From the human T2T-CHM13v2.0 reference genome, Homo sapiens: 64,000 nucleotides of DNA. Below the pieces are notes generated by a model. The model searched no databases and had not been told where the DNA came from. It saw only the letters and a list, made by a program, of their open reading frames with translations. How positions within the stretch are numbered: position 1 is the first letter of the stretch; each line of letters begins with the position of its first letter. Both the position numbers and the translations under genes were made by a program. The stretch is from assembly GCF_009914755.1 (NCBI RefSeq), contig NC_060925.1; one strand, given 5' to 3'. This document shows, in pieces, positions 1-51,539 of this stretch.

Positions 1-3000
1 TCAAGCAGCTGGGGGCTCCGGGTAGCAGCAAAGCTCTGGGGCCAGCAGGGGTCAGGGCCTCTGCTTTACCAGGGGGGGTGGCCTCTGCAATACTGGACCC
101 CCCATCATTTCAGGCAGCATGGATCAGGTGTCCTAGGCCCTCCCCCCTATCCAAACAGCCTCTGGAGCCCCCGAGTCACCCCACCTCTGTGGGCAGGGAG
201 AGCCACCTTTGTCTTCCTTCTTCTCCCGGCAGGGCGCGGACTGCACTGCTGGTTACAGCATCCTCCCACGCAGGACTTGCTCTGCTCCCAGGCAGCGCAG
301 GGACAGAGGGTGGGAGGGCCCGTGAGCCCCTCTGGGCATGCACCTTTACTCCTGATCCTCCCTCCCTGGACCTCCTGCTGCCTCCTGTGGGTAGGGGAGG
401 AGAGATGGTGAAACCAGGCTGGCGACAAGGAGCACAGTGGATAAGAACCAAGCACCGAGGGCTTGCGAATGACCGCTGGGTTTGTAGGCCTGGCCAATGC
501 GGGCTCTTTCCAGGTGTGTCTCTGACCCTGGCATTGCTGTTTCCAGGCCGGCGTGGTCATCCCCATTTCACAGATGAGGAGACCAAGGCTCAAAGCCGTG
601 GAGATGCTTGCCCACGATCACACTCTTAGTTAGTGCAGCCAGGATCTGATCTCAGGTCTGACTGATTCCAAGTCTGTGTTCTTTCCACCCACCCGCACTG
701 CCAGGGAATTCAGCCCCTCTCCTTGGTGTGCTCACAGAGCCCCAGGCGGCTCCTCTAAAGCCTGAAACTGCGCAGCCAAGAAGCCAGCCCTGGAAATGAC
801 TCGTGGCAGATCCAATGCTGGCCTCGGAGGCAGACCAGTCAGGTAGGACTCTCACCAACCCCATGGCCTCGGACAGGCCACCTTACCTCCTGACCTTCAT
901 CTTCTCTGCCAGGGAAGGGGGATGGAGGCAGGATTTCCAGAAGCATGCGAGGCTGGCGTGATGATCTTCACCTTTTTAAATGCCTTAATAGTTTTAGATT
1001 TGTTTTATTGTGTATTAGAGCAGATAGATGTAACTAGCACATCAAATTCACAATTTCAGGGACATTTTTGCTTAGGTACTATCTACGTAAGTGAAAGAAG
1101 GGCAGCGATTTAAGGGAAAATACTAAGTAAATGAAAGCCCAGGTGGTTGGAGGATACGGCTCAGGGTGTGGAGGAAGATCAGCACGCTGGTGTCTCGGCA
1201 GCAGAAACCAGCAAGAAGACCTGCATTGACCAGATCAGAGCTCAGGTGGGAAGGGGCTGGAAAGGAGTGCCCTGGCCCCCCTGGCCACATGGACAGGAGA
1301 GAGGGACTCAGGGAGGCAGGAAGGCAGAGCCCAGGAGAGGAAAGGGAGAAAGCCGAGTAGATGCATCTACCCAAGGACCCCGCGTGGAGCCTGGAAGCCA
1401 CATTGCTGCCTCCCGCCCTGGGCCACCCTGTCCGCAGCTGGCTGATGTAAAACACACATGTTTTGACTGAAGCCGCTCTCCCCCCACCTCCTGAAAAACG
1501 CCAACATTAAAGGGAGCGTAGCTTTGTAAAACTGAAACTATAAAATGCTTCTGAAACCCAGCCTGGGGGATTAAAGAAACCACATGAAAAGGGACTCGGG
1601 ACGACCTGGATGCTGACTTCCTGTTCAGAAGTTCGTTCAACATGTGCCTCCCACCCGGGCCCGTAGCGTGTATGGAGGAGTGGGAGGGAGGAGGAGGGAG
1701 GAGGAAGGCCAGGGCCAGTGGAGGCTGGCGGGTGCCTCAGGGGCCTCCAGAAACCCAGAGCATGGCTAAGTCTGAGGCCTGCAACCCTAGGCCACCGCCT
1801 TCCCAGGCCTCTGACCTCCAGGGGCTCTGGGGAAAAGGGTTGATGTTGATCTTGGCCTTGGGACCCTGCCCTGTAGTAACAGAGGGGTCAGGAGAAAAAG
1901 ACCGTAGGCACCCGATGCCCTACCTCCCTGCCTCTGCCAGTCTCCCCTGCTGTTCCCAGCATGGTCCTCCCTGGCCCTGGGCATACGGAGATGTAGAATG
2001 TGCTTGGATCCCAGCTCAGCCTCCCATCCAATGGTAGTTAAGAACCTTCCCCAGCCAGGCACAGGAGCGACTGTGGGTTCAAATCCCAGCTCTGCCATTT
2101 CTTAGCTGTGGGTCCACCCAGGAATCCTAAAATACTCAACCCATATGGCTGTTCAGGGGAATGTGCTCAGCAGGGTGCCTGGCATGTAGTAAGGGCTCCA
2201 GGAATGGCAGCCACCACCAGCAACCACCCACCTTCTCCCCACGGGGAGGTCAGAGCATGCAGTGTGTGTGCAAGGATGCTAGGGCCGGATGGTGCAGCCA
2301 GCGCCCTGTGCTGCGACTAGAGGGACGAGGCAGTTCCTCCTCTGCCCCTCTCAAGACTGGGTCCAACTTTCCCCCCGGTCCCCTTCTTACTACGTGGCCT
2401 TGGCCAAGTCACCTGCCCTCTCTGGGCTCAGGGCCTGCATCCTGGGGAAAAGAGGAGAAGAGGAACTGGGTCAAAGGTCCCCTCCAGTTCAGATGTTCTA
2501 GTTTGGGGCCAGAGGATGAAAAGGAAGGAGGAAGCCTGTCTGTCCCCTATGGCTGAGGGACCCCAGCAGGTGTAATAAGTGATTTCTGGCACTACGGCTG
2601 AAGACGGGGCCCACTGTCCAGGGCTGTGTCTGGGAGAAGCCCTCTCTATGGACACTCACACCCCCCGGATCTTGCACAGGTCACACAGACACAGACAGCC
2701 ATCCATCACCCACACACACCACAGGCCACTGGGTGGCCACCACCCCCCGGCTTCATCACAGCCCTCCCTCTGCTACATAAACTCCCCATGCCCTCCAGTG
2801 TCCCCCGCAATCACTTACCTAATATTAGGATATTAAAAAATATGGCAAGATTTTAAGAGACTTATTAAAATGCAATTAGCAGCGTGTACGACTTAAGCAG
2901 AGAGATTATTTTTAAAAATGACTTGATTGTGCGGAATACCACGCACCTTCCCGAGGCCGTAAACCTGCCAATCACACACGTTCTCAAACGAGGAGGTTTC

Positions 3001-3453
3001 CTTGCTTTCTCTTTGTCCTTCAGGCTTTTATCCTGTCCCCCTTCCCCCAGTGACCACTAAGGCTATCGTCCCCAGCCCACAAAAGCCACCCACCCACGAA
3101 CACAGAGACCCCTCCAGAGGCCCCTCAGAAGGAAGCCAAGGGTTAATGAAATCCAAAGCAAACCCTGGAGAAGCTTTGAGAAAGCAGCCACGGGGTGGGC
3201 AAGGGGATGAAGAAGCCCCCTCCCACTTACTCCCACCCCCATGGTCATCTGGATCCGGGCAGAGGCTGCCACCAGGGTAAGGTTGACAAACTCTCCTTGC
3301 CATGAAGGGACAAGGGGTTGGAAGGGCTGAAGGGAGGAGGAAGAGGTCCCAGGGAGGGGGCTACTGCTGACCTTCTCCGAAGGCTGAGCCTCAGGGACCC
3401 GGGCGTCGCAGCCCCCGGCAGCGCCCACCGGACGGGCTGGAACGGTGGGTTAC

Positions 3454-3468
3454 GCTGCCCCCTGCTGC
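3454..3468 (-). promoter_or_regulatory. Candidate CTCF site in a small CpG-rich patch
   Basis: Minus strand GCAGCAGGGGGCAGC versus consensus CCASYAGRKGGCRS (1 mismatch). Confidence 0.5.
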
Positions 3469-4237
3469 TCGCTCTCTGAACTGCAGCTCTGCTCCCGGGA
3501 CCTAGTATCGGAGCGAAGGCATTGGCATGGTCCCAGGGCCAGCCCTTCTCCAGCTGGGTGGCCCACGAGGCCCCCCGGGGTCTTCCACAGGGTTAACCTG
3601 AAGAGAAACATGCATCTGGAAATGGGGGGATCTTCTCTCTGGCCGCCACCTCCCACGCAGCCCCACCCCTGGCTGGAGGAGTTTATCAAATAATTTGCTA
3701 CTGCCTGGCATGACGCTCCCCCTGGCACTTTTATTCCAACCATAAAAAGGCTATTTCATTGAGAAATAAAGCCCCATCCCCCTGACGTGTAACTCCTTTC
3801 AGAGCTCTTACTCAACTGCCAGGCAAAATTTATGTTTCCTGGATGTTAGTGCCTAAGATTGCAACTGGGAAGTGGGGAGAGGGCTGGAAGGGGGGATGCC
3901 TCTCTGGCGGGGGAACATGCATTTGCTCTCTTGGTCTAAGAAGCCCCGGAAACCCAAAGTGTCCAAGAGAGAGCCCTCCCCTTGGAATGAGGAGGCCGGG
4001 GTTTGGGCCCTCGTGCCACCATCTGCTGGTTGTGACTTTGGGCGGGCCCTGAGCCTCAGTTTCTTGCTCTGTAAAATGGGAAGAACAATTCTTTTCTCCC
4101 TGGAAGGGATGGTGCTGGGCGCAATGAACAGATGGAGGTGGCAAGTACTTGGAGGTGTATGAGAGTCAAGTGTTGTATTGTTATGGAGGCTGTGACATTC
4201 TCTGATTTAGGGGGTATCCCTCACAGATTCTCTCATG

Positions 4238-4442
4238 CAGCACTTCTCAACTTACACAGTGGGGCGTCAGAACCCCCTGGATGGCTTCAGTCCTGCAGCC
4301 TGCCCAGCCCCACCCCCTGAATTTCCGGATCTGTAGGTCTGGAGTGGGGCCCGATAATTTGCATTTCTCTAACAAGCACGAGGTGGGGGTGGGGGGGTGG
4401 GAAGGGCTGCTGTTCCGGGACGCTACTTTGAGAACCACTGTT
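4238..4442. mobile_element. MER5A-like hAT DNA transposon
   Basis: cagcacttctcaac...gtaggtctggagtggggcccgataatttgcatttctctaacaag...ctttgagaaccactg. Confidence 0.7.
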
Positions 4443-4954
4443 CTGAGGGCTTTTCCATCTGGGATCTGGAACGGCTCAGCCTGGTTGTTGGGAAAGGAAC
4501 CAGGAACAGGTGGGAGGTCATCTGTGGAGCAGGTTACAGGTGGGCTCTGGCTGCCTGCATGGGAATGAACTTCTGTCCATATCGTCCCATCTTGTCCTCC
4601 CACCTGGCTTGGCTTAATGTCTCTGGCAGCCCCCAGCCCCAGACACCAGACCTGTGAGCAGCAGAGGTGTTGGGCGGTGGGCCGGGGCTGGGCTGGGCTA
4701 GTGATAATGGACCCTCAGAAGAGAGAGGTTCTCCCCTGGCTGCATGAGAGATTCTGAACATCCCATCTGCATGGGATGGCCCAGGTGTCCTCCTGGATCA
4801 GAGGTTGCTGGGCCATTCACTCCGGTTTCCAAACAGCAAAACTGAGGCTCAGAAAGTGAACTGACTAGCTCAAGGCCACATGGCTTGTGGGGACAGATCT
4901 GGTCTCCAGACCTCCAGAAGAAAGCACTTCCCAACCACACTGCTTCTCTGGTTA

Positions 4955-5164
<210 letters not shown>

Positions 5165-6295
5165 TCAGGAGGCTGAGGCAGGAGAATTGCTTGAACCCAG
5201 GAGGTAGAGGTTGCAGTGAGCCAAGATTGTGCCATGGCACTCCAGCCTGGACTGCAGAGTGAGACGCCTTCTAAACAAAACAAAACAAACAAAAAAAAAA
5301 CACTAGTAAGTCAGGACCTTCAACCAGGGACAAACAATGAGCCTGGATGCTGAAGGGCGTGAAAGGCTTTGTGCTCAAGAAGGAAAGCCCAAAAGAGAAA
5401 CTGGACCAGCTCCAGCTGCTCTGTGTAGCAGGAGAAAAGTACAATAAATGCAACACAGCCTTTGGACTTCATGCGGAGTCGTGGGGGCATAAAAGATAAG
5501 AATCCAAGCCGCTGAGGGCGGGGAACCACTGAGTGATACCTAAGCTGTCCAAGATCTCCCGGCAGCTGCTGACCCCGAGGGAAAGAGCTGCTCCCTGCCA
5601 GACTTTCACTGATCACAGACGTGTCAGCCATAAACAACTGACTGCAAGACCTGGGAGGTCTCAGCAGGAAAACCAGCAGAGGCAACACCCGTGCGTGTCC
5701 CGGGAGCAGGCATGGGTGCCAGCCAGGTCTGCCCTGGTCACAGAAATGGGGTTGTCCCATCTGGAGGGAGAATGGGAGCCTTCCCGAGAACCCTGAGCAC
5801 TTTCTAATTAAGCACGACTGCCCCGCTTTTGAGCGGGTGCAGATCGAAGCTGGGGGAAGGAAGAGAAGTAAAGTGGTTTGTTCCAGCTGCACGGAGCGCT
5901 GAGCTGGGAAGAGTGCCCAGAACAGTTAATGCCCAGACCCTCTCAGCCTTGCAAATCGCCGCCCGCCTGGGGGGTGAAGAGCCATTTATGCCAGGTAAAG
6001 GCTGGTGATTTCATTAACTCCCTTCCCTCTGTCTCGTCTCCAAGGGCGCAGGGTGGTTGTTAAACACGGGAGGACTTGGTAAAGGGTCAGCCCTTGTTTA
6101 CAGGACTTTCTTGTGCATGTGTGCCCCTGGTCTACCCTGTCCCAAAGCTGGGGGGCTCTACAGGGATGGAGAAAGGGCAGGGGTGGATGGAAGTGGATGG
6201 AGGTGGAGGGGAGGAGGCAAAGAGAGACAGAGACTGATTCCTGGGAGAAACACCACGGCCAGTGTTGAGATAAAAGATGCGAGATGGGCGGATCA

Positions 6296-6565
<270 letters not shown>

Positions 6566-7784
6566 TCACCAGGCAGCCACCTTCCCTGCGTCATCTGGAC
6601 GCAGGTGTGGGAGGGGCACAAGCCCTCAAAGAGGAGACCCTTTGAGTCACCTTTCCTTTCAGTGGGGCTGCTGCTCTGTCTCTCTGACATCCACTCTCCA
6701 GCCAGCCTTTTCGAGCATCTACTCAAGGCTACTGCTTTGCTCAAAGGCCCCTGTTGGATGGCCCATCAAGGCCAAAATAAAATCTGGGCTCCTGACGGGG
6801 CCCACAAGCCCTGGAGGCCCATCCCCGCTGCACTCTCCCGCTCACACCACCAGCTTCCATGGCCTTCTCTCCATCCTTCCAGCCCTCCTCAGGGCCCTTG
6901 CTCTTCTGTCCCTCTGCCTGGATGCCACCCCCAGCTCTTTCTGCGGTTGCCTCCTTACTTCCTCAGAGGGGTCGCCCGACCTTCCCACCCAAAGCAGCTC
7001 GCAACCGGAGTTGCCTGTTTGCTCCTCTTGAGAGCAGGAAGCATTGTCTGAAATTGTCTCATGTGTTCATTGTCGGTGTCCAATCCCCCTCTCACGTACA
7101 CTCTAGAACTTTCCCTCCCACACCAGGGATTTCATTCGATTCACTGAAGCCTCCCCGGGGCTGGAACAGTGCCTGGCACCACCAATGAGGCACTCCATAA
7201 ACCTTTGTTGAGTGGTAGAGTCCCAGACACACACTGTGGGAAGGCAACTGGGAGGCTAGGGACCCTCCCGTATGAGCCTATGGCATCAGTGCTGGGCTCT
7301 AACCACTGACCCCACCAGCCTTTGAAGATCATCCGGCCTCTAGCCATGGGCTCCTGTGGGCCTCCTCCAGCTCAGGCCACCCAGCCCAGTGTCCAGGGTG
7401 GCAGCCAGAGACTCAGGCCTCCTCCTGCTGGCTTTCCCTCTAGGTGTCAGGCTTCCCCAGGCGTGGGGGCCGCCGTCCCAGGGCAGCGGCTGCCCGCAGG
7501 GGAACCGCCTGGTAGGGCTGGTGGGGGCTGGTCTTGGAGTCATGGCTCGGATTCGAGAAGGGAAATCATCTGAGCTTTTAAAAAATTAAATGGAGTCAGT
7601 AATTTGATTTCAGAGAGAAGCTGAAAACCTCGTAATGGCAGGAGCAGCTCAGTCTCGTGGTGAAAAGGAAAAGCCTTAAATGGGGCTATTAAGCTTTTGC
7701 CCGGGACGGATCTGCCCGGAGAGGGAGGAGGAGGGAGCGCAGAGGGGGGAGAAGTCTTCTTCGAGGTGGGGACCGTTTATCAGC

Positions 7785-8062
7785 CAAGACAACCCTGATT
7801 ATTTATTTATTTATTTCTTGTTCCGGGCGGGCATTGCCGACGGTCTCCTCTTCTTGGCTGCATTTCAAATCCCACTTCCAGTGATGGGTCTGCCTGGAGG
7901 TGGGCGTCTGGGGGTCCACCTTTCCAGGGAAGCACTGAGTGAGTGCTCTTCCGGCCCAGAACACTGTACCCAGCCACAGCTGGGCATCTAAGCCAGGGAG
8001 CCTGGGGACAGCTGGGTCACTGAGGGTCACTGGGGCTGTCCAAGCCAGCGGGGTACCGGCTG
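7785..8062 (-). other. CIROZ: Probable non-coding terminal (3' UTR) exon of CIROZ
   Basis: The donor at 8963 needs a partner. Candidate branch CTCAT, pyrimidine tract and CAGCAG acceptor at 8065-8060; overlapping AATAAA at 7802-7815 followed by GT-rich sequence. The 3' end is approximate. Confidence 0.7.
7802..7815 (-). terminator. Polyadenylation signal cluster (three overlapping AATAAA)
   Basis: The + strand reads tttatttatttatt; downstream on the minus strand is ggttgtcttggctg. Confidence 0.65.
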
Positions 8063-8915
8063 CTGCCATGGAACCCAGAGGAAGGGAGTTATGAGTAATG
8101 AAAACGAAGCAGTGGCATCCCATTCTCCTCCCCTGGAGTCCTTTAGAGACCTGAGGCCATGGCACCCCAAGGCCTGGGGAGGGGGTAAACACCAAGGGTT
8201 CATATCACCATCACCAACAACCCCCAGAGATGTCTGAACCATGGCTCAGGCCCTCCATGCTTTCCTAGGCCTGCAAGCATCCCCTCTGCCTGGGCCGGGA
8301 GGTGGATGGTGGAATGATCGCCGTAAGAATGGCTCTCGAGTTCTGAGTGCACTGGATGTAGTCCGGCTCCACGCCAAATGCTCTACGTTCCTTTCCCACC
8401 CAACTCTCAACAGCCCCATCGGAAGGAATGATTACCATCCCCATTTGACCCATCAGGAAACTGAGGCTCAGAGAGGTGAGTGCCTTGCCAAGGTCACACA
8501 GCCAAAGAGCAGAGGAACTGGGACTTGAACCTAGCTCCTGGCAGGCCTGGCTGCAAAGCCTGCACCTCACCCTGATGCTTCACCACCTCCGACAGCAGAC
8601 CAAGCCCAGAAACACAGCTGGCAGGGCCAGGGAGAGACCAGGAGACACTGCCCTGCACTCAGCGCCTCTTCCCTCGGGGAGGTCCATGCAGGCAGACGGC
8701 CTGCCGCTTCACCCCTCCCTCTGGGTTCCATGGCAGCAGCTGGTACCCTGCTGGCTTGGATGGCCCCAGTGACTCTCAGTGACCCAGTGCCCCTGGACTC
8801 CCTGGCCTAGATGCCTAGCTGTGGCTGAGCACAGTGATCATCTGGGCCAGAAGAGCACCGGGGCTTCCCTGGAAAGACGGCCCCCAGCCCCCACCTCCAG
8901 GCCGACCCATCACTG
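7879..8915. repeat. Inverted duplication, arms 7879-8086 and 8713-8915, spacer ~626 bp
   Basis: The reverse complement of 7879-8086 aligns by eye with 8713-8915 at roughly 80-85% identity. ORFs 8027..8242(-) and 8476..8772(+) end in near-identical peptides (LWVPWQQxVPxWLGxPQ). Confidence 0.95.
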
Positions 8916-8983
8916 CCTCCCACCCTTTGCACTCTACCTCCCCAGGGTGCACCCAGGACTCACCCTGGAGTCTCCATGGAGGC

Positions 8984-45262
<36,279 letters not shown>

Positions 45263-45289
45263 CCTCAGGCCCAGCAGCTCTCTCCTGCC

Positions 45290-45415
45290 CTGGGAGAATT
45301 TAATCTGAAGCAGTTCCAAGCAACTAAACGAAAGGTTGGCTCCTCCCCTTCCCCTCCAGTGCAGGTCTCGGGTCACTCAGGTGCCAGAAAACACAGGTGG
45401 GTGTCAACACTCTCA
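45290..45415 (-). promoter_or_regulatory. Putative CIROZ proximal promoter with X-box-like GTTCCAAGCAAC (45313-45324) and T-box-like GGGTGTCAACAC (45399-45410)
   Basis: Unique sequence directly 5' of the ATG; motif resemblance only; TSS not determined. Confidence 0.45.
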
Positions 45416-45862
45416 GCTTCTCCCCATCCCTCTGCATGGGTGAGATGAATTGCTTCAGCCGTGGGAGCTCAAAATAAGATTGCGGATCAGAAGGCTGAAG
45501 ATGAATTGATCCACTGAGGCTGGAGTGCAGGCCCTCATTCTCCGCTCCCGGGAGAAGCCTGTCTCTGTGCCCAAGGAAGGAAAGAAGCTAAGAAACTGAG
45601 CTTCACCGGAGGAACAGTCACGCTGTCTTGATGGGGCTTCCCAGAACCCTGCTCCAGGCCCCTCCTGGCAGAGTTCAAAAGGAGCTGAGGGGCCAGGCAT
45701 GGTGGCTCATGCCTGTAACCCCAGCATTTTGGGATGCAGAGATGGGCAGATTGTTTGAGGTCAGGAGTTCGAAACAAGCCAGGGGAACATGGCAAGACCC
45801 TGTCTCTACAAAAAATTTAAAAACTAGCTGGGCATGGTGGCACACACCTGTGGTCCTAGCTA

Positions 45863-46344
<482 letters not shown>

Positions 46345-46380
46345 CTAGCACTTTGGGAGGCTGAGGTGGGTGGATCATCA

Positions 46381-46830
<450 letters not shown>

Positions 46831-47351
46831 CCCTGCAAAATGAGGATTTAGGACTAGATGGTTCCTAATACCCTTTGCAAGTGAAAAAAAAAAAAAGTCT
46901 TGATTTTAACTATTCCATTTTATCTGTGTTTATCCCTTCCTCCCCCCGCCCCAAATACTTGCCATTATTGAAAGTCGAGGAAGCCAGGCACAGTGGCTCA
47001 CTCCAGCCTGGGCAACAGAGCAAGATTGTATCTCAGGAAGAGAGACAGAGAGGGAGAGAGAGAAAGAGAGCCTGTAATCCCAACATTTTAGGAGGCTGAG
47101 GTTGGCAGATCACCTGAGGTCAGGAGTTCGAGACCAGCCTGGCCAATATGGCGAAACCCCATCTCTACTAAAATTACAAAAATTAGCCGGGCATGATGGC
47201 ACACGCCTGTAATCCCAGCTACTCAGGAGGCTGAGGCAGGAGAATCGCTTGAACCCAGGAGGCGGAGGTTGCAAGTGATCCAAGATGGCGCCACTGCATT
47301 CTAGCCTGGGTGATGAGCGAAACTCCATCTCAAAAAAAAAAAAAAAAACCA

Positions 47352-47815
47352 GAAACTAATTATCTCCCAGGTTTAGAGGCCAGAAGTCCAAAATCCAGGT
47401 GTCAGCAGGGCCACGATCTCTCTAAAGATCCCAGGGGAGGGTCGTTCCCTGCCTCTTCCTAGCTTCTAGTGGCTGGTGGCAGTCCTGGGTGTCCTGGGCT
47501 TGTAGCTGCATCACTCCCATCTCTGCCTCCGTCACCAGCATATGGTATTCTTCCTGGGTGTCTCTGTCCACATTTTTCTTTTTCTTTTTTTTTTTTTTGA
47601 GAGAGAGTCTCACTCTGTCACCGGGCTGGAGTACAGGGGCACTAAGTGCTGGGATTACAGGCCTGAGCCACCACGCCCGGCCCCAATTTTCCTCTTCTTA
47701 TAAAGACTCTAATTACTGGATTAAGGGCCAGCCTAATCCAGTATGACCTCACTTAACTTGATTGCATCAGCAAAGACCCTATTTCTAAATAAGGTCACAT
47801 TCCCACATATCTGGG
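47352..47815 (-). mobile_element. MLT1 (MLT1C-like) LTR interrupted by an Alu fragment
   Basis: ggccagaagtccaaaatccaggtgtcagcagggcc...gaccctatttctaaataaggtcacattc. Confidence 0.7.
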
Positions 47816-49501
47816 ATTTGGCTTTTTTTTTTTTCTTTGAGACAGGGTCCTACTCTGTCACCCAGGCATGAGTGCAATGGTGCAATCACGGTTCACTGCA
47901 GCCTCGACCTCCTGGGTTCAAGCAATCCTCCTGTTTCAGCCTCCTGAGTAACTGAGAATACAGGCACACACCACCATGCTTGGATGATTTTTAAATTTTT
48001 TCTAGAGACAAAAGAGACCAGAGGGAACAGCCACGGTGGCTCACGCCTGTAATCCCAGCACATTGGGAGGCTGAGGTGGGCAGATCACTTGAGGTCAGGA
48101 GTTTGAGGCCAGCCTGGCCAACATGGTGAAACCCCATCTCTACTAAAAATACAAAAATTAGCCAGGCATCATGGCGCATATCACTCATTCTAGCTACTCG
48201 GGAGGTTGAGGCACGAGAATCACTTGAACCCAGGAGGCAGAGGTTGCAGTGAGCTGAGATCACACCACTGCACTCCAGCCCGGGCGACAGAGCAAGACCC
48301 TATCTCAAAAAACAAACAAACAAGAGACAGAGACCAGAGGTCTCTGAGATGGGGTCCGTACGAAAGATACCACTACGTTGTCCAGGCTGGTCTCAAACTT
48401 CTAGGCTCAAGTGATTCTCCTGCCTCAGGCTTCCAGAGTGCTGAGATTACAGGTGTGAGCCACTGCACCCAGCCTGTTTCTCTTTTTCTTTTCTTTTTTT
48501 GAGACGGAGTTTCACTCTGTCACCCAGGCTGGAGTGCAGTGGCACGATCTCTGCTCACTGCAACCTCCACCTCCCAGGTTCAAGCAATTCTCTGCCTCAT
48601 CCTCCCGAGTAGCTGGGATTACAGGCACCTGCCACCACGCCTGGCTAATTTTTTGTATTTTTAGTAGAGGCGGGGTTTCACCATCTTGGCCAGGCTGAAC
48701 TTAAATTCCTGACCTCGAGATCCACCCGCCTCAGCCTCCCAAAGTGCTGGGATTACAAGCGTGAGCCACCACACCCAGCCCTGTTTCTCTTTTTAACTCA
48801 TCTTTTTGTTGACCAACTTTTCCTTTAATCCCAAATTGCTCGGGATTTATCATGAGCCGCCTAAGAAGACATGGAGTTGGAAGTGGAGACCCAGAGTGGT
48901 GCATGGAAGCTGGTTGTCACCAGGATCTGTTCACGCTCAGGTGAAAGGCCCTCATCACACCAAACAGAAGCAGGCAGGATCAGAACACACAGCTGGTGAA
49001 ACCCTCACGGGCCCTGGAGGAGGCCCAGATGCCCTGGCCCACTTCATAAGGCCTCAAACAGAAACGCCAAAGCCAGGGCAAACATCACTGGTACACAGCT
49101 CACTCAGAGAACCTGCAAGGACCACCCTGGAGCTGTTGTTTAAATCTTAAAAAGAGAAGAAGAAACAGGAATTGAAAAACAGGTTTTCTTTCCTAATCTG
49201 ATACCCTAAACCCCATTCCTCCTACACACACACGCACACACCTATAAACATAGCCACAGACATCTCTACACACACACCCTGAAACCCACCTACACACACA
49301 ACCCTATACAAAACTCTTAGCATATGCCCCACACACTCCTAGAAATGCGCGCGCACACACACACACGCAGTAGGGGCTCCCGTCTTAGATATTTTTAGAG
49401 AAAGCAATTTCATTGGGGTCTTTCCAGTGGAGCTCAAATTTCATTTCTCCATTTGGGAAAATCACATTTTCAAAATAGCTTTCTTTTTTTTTTTTTTTTG
49501 A

Positions 49502-49603
<102 letters not shown>

Positions 49604-50154
49604 TGAGTAGCTGGGACCACAGGCGTGCGTCATCAAGCCTGGCTCATTTTTTTGTGTGTGTTTTTAGTAGAGTCGGTGTTTCACCGTGTTAGCCAGGATG
49701 GTCTTGATCTCCTGACCTCGTGATCCACCCGTCTCAGCCTCCCAAAGTGCTGGGATTACAGGCGTGAGCCACCGCGCCCGGTCAAGAGTAGCTTTTATGC
49801 AATAGTTGGAAGCCGTGAGAATTGGCCAAGTCAGCCCCAGCACGGTTTTCCCCATGGTTTTCTTATTAACACCTTCCTTCTCTTGCAAATACCCACTGAG
49901 CTGGTTTTTCAAAAGCAGAAACCACTGACCCACTCACTGGTCTCCTTTGATACTTAGAGGTTAACGATTACTAAAAATATACATATTGATTCCAACTGCC
50001 AAGCTTCCCAGGCCTTTTCAGGATGTCCATCTTGCTGAGATCTGGCACCATTACTTACCACTTTTATGAGGAGGAAACCAACATTTAACCAAACTATTAC
50101 CAGGCTTGCTGAAGTTCCTCCTGATCAGTCAGTTACAAACACACAAAATAACTA

Positions 50155-50806
<652 letters not shown>

Positions 50807-50888
50807 TCACACCTGTAATCGCAGCAGGATTTGTTGAGCCTAGTAGTTCAAGAGCAGCCTGGGCGATAAAGTGAGACCTCTGTCCCTA

Positions 50889-51539
<651 letters not shown>

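Noticed and set aside
880-2820. Isolated strong minus-strand donors (GAG|GTAAGG ~883-888; TAG|GTAAGT 2813-2818) hinting at a downstream lncRNA
   Set aside because: Could not assemble a consistent exon chain, promoter or poly-A site.
49225-49370. CA-rich tract with (CG)/(CA) alternation, possible Z-DNA
   Set aside because: Short, common simple repeat with no supporting context.
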